The notes beneath the pieces were generated by a model that was given only the letters and a program-made list of their open reading frames with translations, ran no database searches and was not told the DNA's origin. A stretch of 64,000 nucleotides of DNA from Candidatus Marinacidobacterales bacterium (lineage in GTDB: Bacteria; Acidobacteriota; Vicinamibacteria; Marinacidobacterales; DATDRI01), in assembly GCA_965219415.1 (NCBI GenBank), contig CBDCNP010000002.1:2752001-2816000 (forward strand), read 5' to 3'. Every line of letters begins with the position of its first letter. Within the stretch, counting starts at the first letter, position 1. Shown piece by piece: positions 9,622 through 20,196 of this stretch. A program made the translations under genes and the position numbers.

Positions 9622-11601
9622 TTGGGAAGAGCTCAGATGAAGGGTCCTCGTCCCATCGACGACGGTAATAAGCCTCGGCGTGTCGCTAGGGTATCGTCTC
9701 CGCCAGGCTGGCTCCATCGAGTGTGTTTCGAAGAAGGAGTAGAAGCACTCCTACTGTTCGACCTCGAAACCCGGGCGGTGGTCGACGCCAACAGGACCGC
9801 CGAGCACCTCACCGGCTATCAGCGCGAGGAGCTCCTCGACATTCGGCTCGACGATCTCCACCCGCGTAGCTCTCGGGAAAAGGCGGTTCGCTATTTCCGA
9901 AAGATTGCCAAGCAAGGCAGTTACGCCTATGACGACCTCTCCTTGGAGACCAAGGATCAGGTCAGCATCCCGGTGGAGGTCAAAGGGGCGGTGATCGGCT
10001 ACGGCGGCGGTCGAATCATTCAGGCTATTTTCCGCGATATCAGCAAAGAAAGGCTTCTGCAGCAGGAGGTGCTTTTCCATAACCTCAAGCTGACGGTTCT
10101 CAATTCCCTGTCTTCCGCGATCAGCAATTCGCTCGAGCTCACAGAGACCCTCTCCGATTCTCTGGCTGCGGTGATGGAAGCGAGCGGCGGCCTTTACGGT
10201 GAAATGCTTCTCTGGCTCGAGGACCGTGAAGCTTTCAAGATTATGAGCTATCAGGGTTCGGAGGGCCTCACAGCTTTGCGGGTGAAATCCGCGACTTCCT
10301 CCGGAACGACGCTAGCGCCCGAGTCATGTCCCATCGCAACTCAGGCATTGGCCGGCCAGCCGGTCTTACTGGACGATTTGGACGGAGACCCACGGCTCGC
10401 CAAACTCCTCGCCGACTGCGACGGAATCGGTGCGGTGGCGGCGGTCCCGCTCCGCTCGAAGAACCGGGTACTGGGAGTCATGCATCTGGTCGTCAGCGCT
10501 CATCAGTTATTTCCTACGTTCGACTTCGATTTCTTCACCTCCATCGGAAACCAAATCGGCATGGCGGCGGAACACGCTCTTCTGTTTCAACGGTCTGCGG
10601 CGCAGACGAAACAGATCACCGTCCTGAACAACATCGCTCGGATCATAAGCAGCAGCCTGTAGATCGAAGAAGTGTTCGATTCGTTCGCGGCGGAGATGGC
10701 GAAGTTGATCTCGTTCGATCGGCTCTCGGTTGCCATCTTGGACGAATCGGGGAGCTACCTTCGTATCTTCGCTTCCGGCTCGCGAGTCGACTCGGGTTGG
10801 GGAATGGAGTCGATCATCCCGGTCGTGGGTACCGGCCCCGGCTGGGTCGTGCTGAACGAACGGCATTTCATTCATACCGATACTCGCAAACGACAGCAGT
10901 TCATCGAGGACGAGATCTTCTACGAGGATGGAATCCGCTCGTACATCATTCTTCCGTTGTAGTCGCGCGGAAAAGTCGTGGGGACCTTCGGACTCGGTTG
11001 CCGTCGAGCCGAAACCTATTCGAAACGGGACCTAACACTACTCAGCCAGCTATCGAAGCAGATCTCGGTTGCCGTCGAGAACGTAAAGCTCTACCAGCAG
11101 ACCAAAGAGAACTCCATCCTCGATGATGTCAGCTCACTCTTCAACTTCCGCTACTTTCACCAGGCCCTGGATCGCGAGCTCAAGCTCGTGGCGCGCCATC
11201 GTTCCCGCCTTTCCCTGATTTTCATCGACCTAGACCGATTCAAGCTTATAAACGACACGCACGGGCACCTCCGGGGAAGTCGAGTCCTTCGCGCGGTAGG
11301 GTTCTTACTGCGTGCTGCGGTGAGGGAGACGGACATCGCCGCCCGCTACGGTGGAGACGAGTTCGTGGTCATCCTCCCCGACACCGACCTCGCTCTCGCC
11401 AAGCGCCTGGGCGAGCGAATCCGCAAGATCATTTGCCACCACATTTTCCTGAGAGACGAGGGTCTGAACGAAAGACTAGGGGCGAGTATCGGAGTTGCCA
11501 CCTACCCCAGTGAGGCACATACCAAAGAGGAGCTCATCCAGCTCGCGGACGAGCGGATGTACCGGGACAAGAGGAAGAATCGCGACCTTGGACGTCGGTA
11601 G
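9622..11601 (+). CDS. PAS-GAF-GAF-GGDEF diguanylate cyclase interrupted by two in-frame TAG codons (10660-10662, 10960-10962)
   Basis: ORFs 9622-10662, 10672-10962 and 10978-11601 share one frame; ISSSL*IEEVFD and IILPL*SRGKVVGTF read as continuous GAF sequence; intact RETD I-site and GGDEF. Confidence 0.85.
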
Positions 11602-11640
11602 TCCTTACCTGCCAGGCCCACCGTTAGGCCCTTACCAAGG

Positions 11641-12969
11641 CTAGACGGGCCCGTCACCCTCAGTGAAAAAGTTCAAGATGACTACCGCTTCTGGAACCTC
11701 GCCCGCGTCGGGATCGGGCACCAAGGGTCGGCCTTCGTTATCGGTAATCCCCTTGTAGAGAATCACCCGGATCTCTTTCCCTGGCTCGAGCCCTTTGCCG
11801 GGGATTACTGCTAGGCTACGGGAAGGCGGGTCGTACGAGAGTTGCATATCAGGGAAAGAGTGGTCGTCGGGCCCGTCGCCGGAGTAAATCAGATCCACAT
11901 TACGGTCGAAGCTCGCGATATCCATATCTTTTGAGAACTGGATTCGGAACTCGCTATCGAGCGGCACCGATTTATCACCGGCGAGAGGCATCGAGAAAAT
12001 GACCTCCGGAGGCGGCTCTTGTGCCTCGAGCTCGGCGATCTCATCCGCGACCTTACGTGGCTCCAAGTCCGGATCTTCGGGCTTGGGCACCATTTCGATC
12101 TTCCTCGCCTTGAGATACACGACCCCTTCATCGGTCCAAGGTGTACCGGTTACCTTGAGCCATTTGCCAGTGTCTCGACGTCGCTCGGGGTTCAACTCGA
12201 AACCCTTCCCGCGCGGGCGCTTCCCGGTGACCCAAATCGCAACGTCGACGACTTTGATGATGAAATCTCGCGGCGTCTTCTTGGTACGCATTGGCAGGTC
12301 GTTGTACACGTTGTCGCCCCGGAATTTGCCAACCACGGAGATCAGTTTATCGTAGTGAGGATCCGGATGGCTCATGAGCTCGCGGAGATCCACGTGGTCC
12401 GAGGGTGGAAGATCGGGAATGACGACTTCCTTCCTCTTTTCCGCTTCGGCCCCCTTCGGCTCGGGCGGTTTCTCCACCCGAGTAACTTCTTCGACTCCGA
12501 TGAAGAGATTGGCCTGACTCATACCCGCGCCCATCATGTCATTCTGTTGCTGCACCCGAGCTCCGGGGTAATCGCGCAACTCACGCTCAAGAATCGTCGG
12601 CGACGAGAGATCCCAGAAGATGCCGACGATTTCGACTTCCTCCCCCACCATGAATTGAAGGTCGCGCATGGAACCTACGGGCTGGCCTATGCGAACGGTT
12701 CGGAGCGCGTTATCGCCGCGAAGCTCATAAATCTGATTCTGGGTATCCGTCATATTGCCCTGCCGGATCTTCCCCTTCACCATCACGAGCTTCTCGTGGT
12801 AGAAGGCCGGACTCCGAACCAGCGTTTCGACGTCGACTCGCGAGGGAGTGCCCAGCGCCTGCCTCTGTATGCTCAGGGCGGCAAGGGGGTTGGTCAAAGC
12901 CAGCATGACGAGGATCCGAAGTGCGAGTGCCATATCTTTCATGGTAACCAGAACGAACCGGTCGGTCAA
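11641..12969 (-). CDS. Secreted protein with two repeated N-terminal domains and C-terminal Ig-like (Big_5-like) domain
   Basis: Signal peptide; VDVETLVRSPAFYHEKLVMVKGK vs VDLRELMSHPDPHYDKLISVVGK; PEVIFSMP...IQFSKDMD. Confidence 0.7.
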   Translation of the reverse strand: MTDRFVLVTMKDMALALRILVMLALTNPLAALSIQRQALGTPSRVDVETLVRSPAFYHEKLVMVKGKIRQGNMTDTQNQIYELRGDNALRTVRIGQPVGSMRDLQFMVGEEVEIVGIFWDLSSPTILERELRDYPGARVQQQNDMMGAGMSQANLFIGVEEVTRVEKPPEPKGAEAEKRKEVVIPDLPPSDHVDLRELMSHPDPHYDKLISVVGKFRGDNVYNDLPMRTKKTPRDFIIKVVDVAIWVTGKRPRGKGFELNPERRRDTGKWLKVTGTPWTDEGVVYLKARKIEMVPKPEDPDLEPRKVADEIAELEAQEPPPEVIFSMPLAGDKSVPLDSEFRIQFSKDMDIASFDRNVDLIYSGDGPDDHSFPDMQLSYDPPSRSLAVIPGKGLEPGKEIRVILYKGITDNEGRPLVPDPDAGEVPEAVVILNFFTEGDGPV

Positions 12970-13035
12970 AAACCTTCATAGACCCCACCGCGGTCTTGAC
13001 AGCGCGAAAGCAGTCCCTTTAGCATGCGGCGGCCG

Positions 13036-14297
13036 ATGAGTATCGTCAACTCAGGCTATGTAGAGCGGGCGGAGAAGCTACGCGAATTCATCGTGGAGCT
13101 AACGCTTAGCCTCTGCCGCGAACGCACTGTCAATTACTCTCCGAACGATTTTCCCGGCGATGGCCCGGATGGCATGCCGGTCCCCGGGATGGAGAGCCGG
13201 ATCACCGCGATTCTCGGCAGCCACCTGGAGACATGGGGGATCGGCCACGAGATTCATGCGAAGACTCGCGGACGCGACAACCTCTTGGCTAGCGTGGGTC
13301 GAGGAGACCCCTCCTCTCGAACGCTCTTCCTTCCCCTCCACACCGACACCCTACCGGCCGGCGACCTCAACGCTTGGAGCTTCGACCCCTACTCCCCCTT
13401 CGAGCATGACGGAAGACTCTATGGGCGGGGGGTCTTGGACAATAAGGGCCCTCTCGCCTCCGCCTTTGCCGCGATTAAGCTGTTAAAGGAGAATGAGGCG
13501 GAGATACCGGGGAAAATCGTCTTCGGCGCCGTCGCCGATGAGGAAGTTGGTGCCGGCAACGGGATCGAGTTCTTGCTTGAAAAGGGGCTCATCGATGCCA
13601 CCGACGCCATCGTTCCCGACGTCGCCGGGGAGATGCGGGAGATCAACGTCGCAGAAAAGGGCGTCTGGTGCTCAAGGGGCATTTCAAGGGGAAGTCGGCT
13701 CATGCGATGCACCCGTCCAAGGGCGTGAACGCGATCTATGCCGCGGCCCGTTTCCTGAGGTTGGTGGAGGCGCATCGCTTCCGATTCGACCCTCACCCCG
13801 TCTTCGATCCTCCGACCTTGACCACCGGGCTCATCCGGGGTGGTTCGGCACCGAACCACGTGGCCGCCGCGTGCGAGGTCACCCGGGATGTGCGTTACCT
13901 GCCGTCCCAATCGATCCAAGGGATCCTCGCCGAGCTCGAGGAGCTGGCTCGTCAGGTGAAGCTCCCCGGTGCTCGAATCTCTTTCCAAACCGTCCTCGAG
14001 TGGCTTCCCTCCGAGGTCTCGGAAGACGCGCCCATCGTCGGTCTCATTCGCGAAGTCGCACCGGAGGCACGCGTCGTCGGAATCGGTGGCGGCACGCTCG
14101 CTAAACCTCTGGTGCACGCCGGCATCGATGCGGTCGGATGGGGACCGGGGAACCAGACCAGCTATCACGGAGCCGACGAGGAGATCGAGGTGCCACAGCT
14201 AGTGAGCTTCACGGGACGAATTGCCGCGCTTGGGAGCGCCGTCGCGAATTGTAAGCGGCCCGTCAGGGCCGCCGGACGGGAGGAATCGCGCCGATAG
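13036..14297 (+). CDS. M20 family metallopeptidase/deacylase (ArgE/DapE-like), frameshift ~13660
   Basis: HTDT, GRGVLDNKG, DEEVG, AEKG in one frame; GKSAHA...YHGADE in the next; one G short in a G-run. Confidence 0.85.
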
Positions 14298-14499
14298 GCG
14301 CGAGGGAATTATCCCGGAAAGGAGTAGCTTCGAAGTGATTCCGGGACATCTGACTCCTTCGAAGCAGCCCGAATGCGGACGATTCGGCCGTGGCGTGGGC
14401 CCGAGCACAGCCTTGAGCTCATGCGCAGTCGCGAAGTCGACGCAGCATGAGACGTTGGGGGTGGGGCCCCACCCGCACTAGTCTAAGCTAGAATGAACC

Positions 14500-15159
14500 A
14501 TGCCTCCCCAGCCTCAAATCCATCGCCCGTTCTCTATGTTGAAGAAGCTACTCGAGCAGGGCAAGGTCCGCCTGGCGCCCGATAGCGACAAACCCTTATC
14601 ACCGCCGCGCAACGTGGACGGCGCCTTATCCGAAGAGGAGGCTTTCCATCAAGCGATGGACGAAGTGCGTCCGCTGGGTTGGAGCGAAGCACCGTTGCGA
14701 CTTCCGCAATCCATCGAGCTCAACGGTGGCGACGAGAGTGAAGCGCAAGCACTCACACAGCTCGAGGCGTTCGTCGACGGAAAGGGTGAGTTCGACCCGT
14801 TCGCGACGGGGGAGGGAGTGGAGGGCGCCGCAACGAAACGAGGACGGAGCTACCTAGGGCGGCTCAAGCAGGGTGAGTTCTCGGTCCAAGCCCACCTCGA
14901 CCTTCACGGCTTGAATTCGGAGGATGCCAAGGAGGCGCTCGAGAGTTTCATCCGCCGCTCCATCGAAAACGGCCACTCCTGCGTCCGCATCATCCACGGA
15001 CGTGGGAAGCATTCCCCGAACGAGCCGGCCGTTCTCAAGGTCCACGTGACACGATGGCTCTCTTCCCGAAGAATCGGTCGCCGGGTCGTGGCATTCGCCT
15101 CGGCCCGCTGGACCGACGGCGGAAGCGGCGCGCTCTACGTGCTCTTAACCCGAGCCTGA
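14500..15159 (+). CDS. Smr/MutS2 C-terminal domain protein
   Basis: LDLHGL, IIHGRG, DGGSGALYVLL. Confidence 0.9.
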   Translation: MPPQPQIHRPFSMLKKLLEQGKVRLAPDSDKPLSPPRNVDGALSEEEAFHQAMDEVRPLGWSEAPLRLPQSIELNGGDESEAQALTQLEAFVDGKGEFDPFATGEGVEGAATKRGRSYLGRLKQGEFSVQAHLDLHGLNSEDAKEALESFIRRSIENGHSCVRIIHGRGKHSPNEPAVLKVHVTRWLSSRRIGRRVVAFASARWTDGGSGALYVLLTRA

Positions 15160-17129
15160 TCCAGCGGAATCTTCACCAGTAACCAACCGAGGATCACGAA
15201 TACCAGCAACCCCGGCCAACCTCGCGGGTCGGCTAAGAGCTGGGGCGGACTGAGCTCGACAATCACCAGAAGGGCGAGTAACACCCCCATCAAGGCCTCC
15301 CCAGCGATCAGACCCGAGGCAATCAACGTGCCGGTATTTTCACCTCGGTATCGAGCCTCTTCACTCAGGCCCTCGATCCGGCTCGCTCTGCGCTCGAAGA
15401 TCCACCGCATGACCCCACCGACGAAGATGGCGAAGGTCGTTTGGAGTGGAAGGTACATACCCACTGCGATCAGCATCGGTGACGGAGCGTTGACGAGCAG
15501 AAGCATGAAGGCGAACGCCATGCCGAACACGATGAGCGGCCACGCCATGTCGCCGCCCACGATTCCCGTAGAGAGCAGCGCCATGAGACCGGCCTGCGGA
15601 GCCGGCAGCTCGGCGCCACCGATTCCCTGACCTCCGCTCATAATGTCCGCCTTGTGAAGAATCATCATGGGAAACGTCATGAGAAGAGCGGCGGCCACGA
15701 CGCCGATGAGCTCGGCCTTCTCCATGGCTTTCGGTGTTCCGCCGAGGAGATGGCCCACTTTGAGATCCTGTAGCATGTCCCCGGCGATGGCGCAGGCACA
15801 GCAGACGACCGCCGCCACTCCCAGTACCGCAGCCACTCCCTTGGCTCCGCTGAGCCCTATCGTTGTCATAAGGAGTGCCGCTAGGAGCAGCGTCGACAGC
15901 GTGAGGCCGGAAATCGGATTGGAGGAGCTTCCGATGACACCGACCAAGTATCCTGCCACCGCAGAAAAGAAAAACCCGGCGATGATCATGACGATGGCCG
16001 AGCCGAAGGCACCCAACCACTGTCCGCTGTAATAATGATAAAGGCCAGTAACTGGAATCACCGCCGCCACGACGCCGGCGGCGGTCCAGTTGAAGGGAAG
16101 GTCGAGATCAATTCGACTGGTTTCTACGGCCTGCCCCGCTCGTGCCGCCTTCAAGTCGGACACCGATTTCCCAATGCCTTCAATCAACGACTTCCGCATT
16201 CGAAATAGGGTCCAGAAGGCACCCACGATCATCGCGCCGACCGCGATGGGACGCACCAGGCTTGTCCAGACTTGGTTGTAGATGGCATTCCAGTCCGAAC
16301 CCGCCTGCGCGACGAGAGCACCGTCGGCGAACTGGGGATTGAAGAACAAGATCGCGGGGATCATGAACCACCAGGCGAACACTCCACCCGCAAACGTGAT
16401 CGAACCGAGGCGGGGTCCAATGATGTAGCCGACACCCAAGTAAGCCGGCGAGGCGGCGGGGGTAGAAAGAAGCATCGACCCCGGCTGCGCCGCCGACCCA
16501 AAGGTCGCGCCCCCTACGGCAACTGAGCTTTTGAAAGTCCCGTATTGCAAGAAACCGGTAATCCGCTCGTGAAAAAACTGCAGACCGTTGCCGTTCTTGA
16601 ACAGCTCGATGAGTCCCCCGAGACCCATGGAATAGAAGAGGTACCTGGCGCCGGTCTGGCCCCTTTGCCCAGCCTTGTGGATCTCGGCGGCGGCAACCGA
16701 TTCGGGAAAGGGCAAGGTCGGATCGTTTACCAGGCTGCGCCGAAGCAACACGACGAACATCACACCGAGGAGCCCACCGACCAGCATCAGCAGTGTGCTC
16801 TGCAGGTAGTCGAACTCGGTCCAAAGACCGGCGAGGATGAAAGCGGGGATGGTGAAGATGGCACCCGCGACGAGCGCCTCCCCGACCGATGCGGTGGTAC
16901 GCGAGATATTCTCTTCGAGAATTCCTCCCTTGAAGAACCGGAAGAACGCCATCGCCACGACCGCCGCCGGGAATGTGGCGGCCACTGTTTGGCCCGCTCT
17001 CATGCCGAGATACGCGTTGGCAGCTCCCAAGGCGACGGCCATAAAAACGCCGAGCACGACGGCTCGAATGGTCAGCTCGGGCGGCGTCTGATCTGGAGGA
17101 ATGAAAGGCTTGAATTCCTTACCGCTCAT
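15135..17129 (-). CDS. OPT family oligopeptide transporter
   Basis: ELTIRAV, NAYLGMRAG, LPFPESVA, SSNPISG, LQDLKVG, PAPQA; many TM segments. Confidence 0.92.
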   Translation of the reverse strand: MSGKEFKPFIPPDQTPPELTIRAVVLGVFMAVALGAANAYLGMRAGQTVAATFPAAVVAMAFFRFFKGGILEENISRTTASVGEALVAGAIFTIPAFILAGLWTEFDYLQSTLLMLVGGLLGVMFVVLLRRSLVNDPTLPFPESVAAAEIHKAGQRGQTGARYLFYSMGLGGLIELFKNGNGLQFFHERITGFLQYGTFKSSVAVGGATFGSAAQPGSMLLSTPAASPAYLGVGYIIGPRLGSITFAGGVFAWWFMIPAILFFNPQFADGALVAQAGSDWNAIYNQVWTSLVRPIAVGAMIVGAFWTLFRMRKSLIEGIGKSVSDLKAARAGQAVETSRIDLDLPFNWTAAGVVAAVIPVTGLYHYYSGQWLGAFGSAIVMIIAGFFFSAVAGYLVGVIGSSSNPISGLTLSTLLLAALLMTTIGLSGAKGVAAVLGVAAVVCCACAIAGDMLQDLKVGHLLGGTPKAMEKAELIGVVAAALLMTFPMMILHKADIMSGGQGIGGAELPAPQAGLMALLSTGIVGGDMAWPLIVFGMAFAFMLLLVNAPSPMLIAVGMYLPLQTTFAIFVGGVMRWIFERRASRIEGLSEEARYRGENTGTLIASGLIAGEALMGVLLALLVIVELSPPQLLADPRGWPGLLVFVILGWLLVKIPLDQARVKST

Positions 17130-17220
17130 TCTCGACTCCCGTTGATTAAAGCCGTCCTTTCTTATCCCGTAGGTCCGTTCCCTGTCAAGCAATGTCAAGC
17201 AAACAAGATACAATCGAGCC

Positions 17221-17697
17221 GTGAACCGCCGGAATTTCATCGCCCTCGGAAGCGCGGCCGCGCTCCTCGTCGCCTTCTTCGCCTGGGAGTGGTATCTCTC
17301 CTCCGCAGCCCAGGTGGAGCGTTCCCTTCGCCGGGCCGCAGAGGCTGCTGAGGAACGGGATACCGCGGGGCTTCTCTTCTGCCTGTCCCGCGACTACTCC
17401 GACTTCCGCAACCTTGATTTTGATTCACTCTCCGAGATGCTCGATCGCGGATTCGAGCGCATCGACCGACTCAACGTGACGCTGGAGGCGGTGCGCGCAG
17501 AAGTGGAAGGGGCCGAAGCTACTGCGTCGTTCGACCTAACGGTCGTTGCCGTCCGGGGGGACCAACGGTTCATCGTGGTCGGGACGGTGACCGAGCCTCG
17601 GAAGCTTCGCGTCGACCTCCGGAGGGAAGAGGGCGAGTGGAAGATCCTCCGTGTAGCCCGTTCGGAAGAACCAGTTGAACAGGATGTACAGGATTAG
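17221..17697 (+). CDS. Hypothetical membrane-anchored protein (NTF2-like fold possible)
   Basis: N-terminal TM; LSRDYSD...GEWKI pattern. Confidence 0.65.
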   Translation: MNRRNFIALGSAAALLVAFFAWEWYLSSAAQVERSLRRAAEAAEERDTAGLLFCLSRDYSDFRNLDFDSLSEMLDRGFERIDRLNVTLEAVRAEVEGAEATASFDLTVVAVRGDQRFIVVGTVTEPRKLRVDLRREEGEWKILRVARSEEPVEQDVQD

Positions 17698-18040
17698 CGA
17701 GATGTTGACTGCTGCCTATGATCCGGATCCGGACCAGTTTCCATCACAGTCATCCGGGCAGGTCCAAGTTCCACTCCCCGACAGGGAATTGCCCGAGCGC
17801 GTAATCGTTCCCGACCATTGGCATTCCCCGGCGCTTCCTGCCGCGGCGGAAAAAGAGCCGTTGTTGCGAACTCTTCCGGAAATCGAACCGGATTCCTCTC
17901 CGGAATAAGAACCGCTAGCACTTCCATCGGCGGAGACCGAAACCGAGAAACGCCCGCTCACGTTCTCGTCATCGCATTGGCCGCTCCAATTTCCGGAAAG
18001 TGAGCCCTGCAACGGGGATTCACCACTGTCACCGTTTCCG

Positions 18041-18166
18041 CCGTCGCCATTGTTTCCGCCGTCGCCATTGTTTCCGCCGTCGCCATTGTTTCCGCCGTCG
18101 CCATTGTTTCCGCCGTCGCCATTGTTCCCGTCGTCGCCATTGTTTCCGTCGTCCCCATTGTTGCCG
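18041..18166. repeat. Seven 18-bp tandem repeats (CCGTCGCCATTGTTTCCG) encoding GNNGDG/GNNGDD
   Basis: Four exact and three degenerate units read directly. Confidence 0.95.
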
Positions 18167-18561
18167 TCGCCGTCCCCATCGTCGGTGCCGACCTCGTCGG
18201 TATTGTCGACCACGATCTCGCCATCGCGGTGCTCTCTAACCAGCACCACGCCCTCGTCATGCAGCTCGAGCAGAAGCTCGATGCTCTGACCGGCTTGAAC
18301 GTTGTCGAATGTCAACCTGCCGAGCCTCTTGCCGGTGCCGTCGCGGAACACGAGCGTGAACGAACCCGTGGGCAGCCCGCTAAGGACGAACGTCCCGTTC
18401 GAGACCGCTACAGATCGCCCCGTGCCCACGACCTCGACCGTGATGTCGTTCACGTCTGTTTGGGAGAACGTGGTGAGACCGGATGGCGACCCGCTGGCCG
18501 AGGAGAACGTGCCGGACAGCACGACTGCTTCTGCGGTTTCCTGATCGCTCGACCCGGACGA

Positions 18562-19594
18562 GCAAGGCCACCGGCTGAGGCCGGCCCTATCAGGCGAGAA
18601 ACTACCTGAGCTGATAAAAGGGTTGTCGGTGAAGGCCCCGGCAGCTAAACCCCGTAGCACCACTGGTGCACTAATGCCCCAGGACGAGCTTGGGTCCGAG
18701 CCGGCTCCCTATCATTGGCGAGGCTTTGAACGGAAGCACTCCCCAGGGTCAGAATCCTAACAATCGCCATCTCGGGCCGGAGCCTTCACTCACAAAAATA
18801 CATGTGAGGTCAGTGATGCACAAGCGCGTGAAAAAGAGTGGTAGGAAGTCGAAGAATCTGTCGCCGCAATCGCTGCCGGTGACAAGGTCGAAGGTAGCAG
18901 GCATCGATATTGGCAGTCGTGAGCATTGGGTATGTGGGCCGGCCTTGTCGGACGGTAAAGTGAACGTGCGGGTGTTTTCCCCAACGACACCGTCTTTGAA
19001 TCAAATGGGGGATTGGCTCATCGAGCAAGGAGTCGAATCGGTTGCGATGGAAAGCACCTACGTCTATTGGATTCCGATTTATGAGTTGCTTGAATCGCGG
19101 GGTCTTGAAGTGGTGCTGGTAAATGCTCGACAGTTAAAAAACGTCCCCGGGCGTAAAACCGATATGCATGACTGTCAGTGGCTGCAGCTGTTACACAGCT
19201 GTGGTCTGTTGCGAGGCTCGTTTCGTCCTGGTGAGTCGATCTGCCGCCTACGCTCGCTTCACCGACAGCGTTGCAGCCTCATCGAGCAGTGTAGTCGAGC
19301 TATTCAATGGATACAGAAATCTCTGGACCAAATGAACGTTCAGGTCCATCGTGCAGTGACCGACATTACCGGCGTCACAGGCATGCTCATCGTGCGCGCC
19401 ATCGTTGATGGTGAGCGTGACCCGTCAAAGCTGGCTGCATTTCGTGACCAACGCTGCAAGAAGAGCGAAGAGGAGATCGCCGAGCATCTTACCGGCACTT
19501 GGCGTGACGAGCATCTTTTCAACCTCGCATCGGCTCTGCGTCTCTACGATGCGCTACAAGCCGAAGTCGAACTGTTCGACCAGCGTATCCTTGC
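18562..19594 (+). mobile_element. Truncated IS110-family element: ~250-nt non-coding left end plus N-terminal DEDD recombinase
   Basis: ATG 18815; GIDIGS, VAMESTYVYW, GRKTDMHDCQWL; lower GC than flanks; C-terminal Tnp20 domain absent. Confidence 0.88.
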
Positions 19595-19761
19595 GTTGTG
19601 GCGGCTGGAGTTCGATGAGCACTTCAACACTAATGCGACCAGTACCGTCCCCAGCAGAGCACTTACCTGACCTGTTCTGATCTTTGATTCTCTCATCGCA
19701 AACTCCCACTTGAAAGGGTTCGACCAAGGTACGGAGGTGTCTTCTCTAACGATGCAGCACT

Positions 19762-19777
19762 AGCAAGAGCCGTGCCG
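19762..19777 (-). promoter_or_regulatory. Sigma54 promoter of the lipoprotein gene
   Basis: Minus strand CGGCACGGCTCTTGCT with exact GG-N10-GC spacing, ~65 nt above ATG 19696. Confidence 0.7.
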
Positions 19778-20196
19778 AGGCGCGGCAGTTTGCCGACTCG
19801 AGCCTAATCCAGGTGGTTTCTTGTGTTTGGTTTAACGAAGCCGGTGGTGAGTATTGTGAAAGGGACTCGATGGCTTTCAAAAAATGTGGGGAAAACCCAT
19901 CGACCAAGTTCTGGCGTCGCGGGGAGTCGTGGAGGGTTGGGGGGCGGGGACCATTAGGTGGTTGCTTTGACCGAAGCTAACCAGGCGGGCACTCGGTTCC
20001 CGCTTGCCGCCAAAATAGGTTGTTGCCAATCTGGAGCTAGCCAGGCGGCGGTGGGGCCCCGCGCACACGAGCAAGACGGGCCGCTAGGCCCGCCGGCCAA
20101 GAGGAATTGCCGAGTCGGGATGCAGTGGGCAAGGGAACTTGGCCGTGTTTTTCGCCCGAGCGAAGAGCGAGGGGGTGGGGCCCCGCGCGCACTAAT

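Larger units (their letters stand above)
17716..19696 (-). pseudogene. Lipoprotein gene with GDGGNN repeat linker, split by an IS110 fragment
   Basis: N-terminal piece 19696-19595 (MRESKIRTGQVSALLGTVLVALVLKCSSNSS, RBS GGGAG) and C-terminal piece 18561-17716; removing 18562-19594 restores one frame. Confidence 0.75.

Noticed and set aside
18041-18166. CRISPR-like array
   Set aside because: Contiguous in-frame tandem repeat with no spacers.
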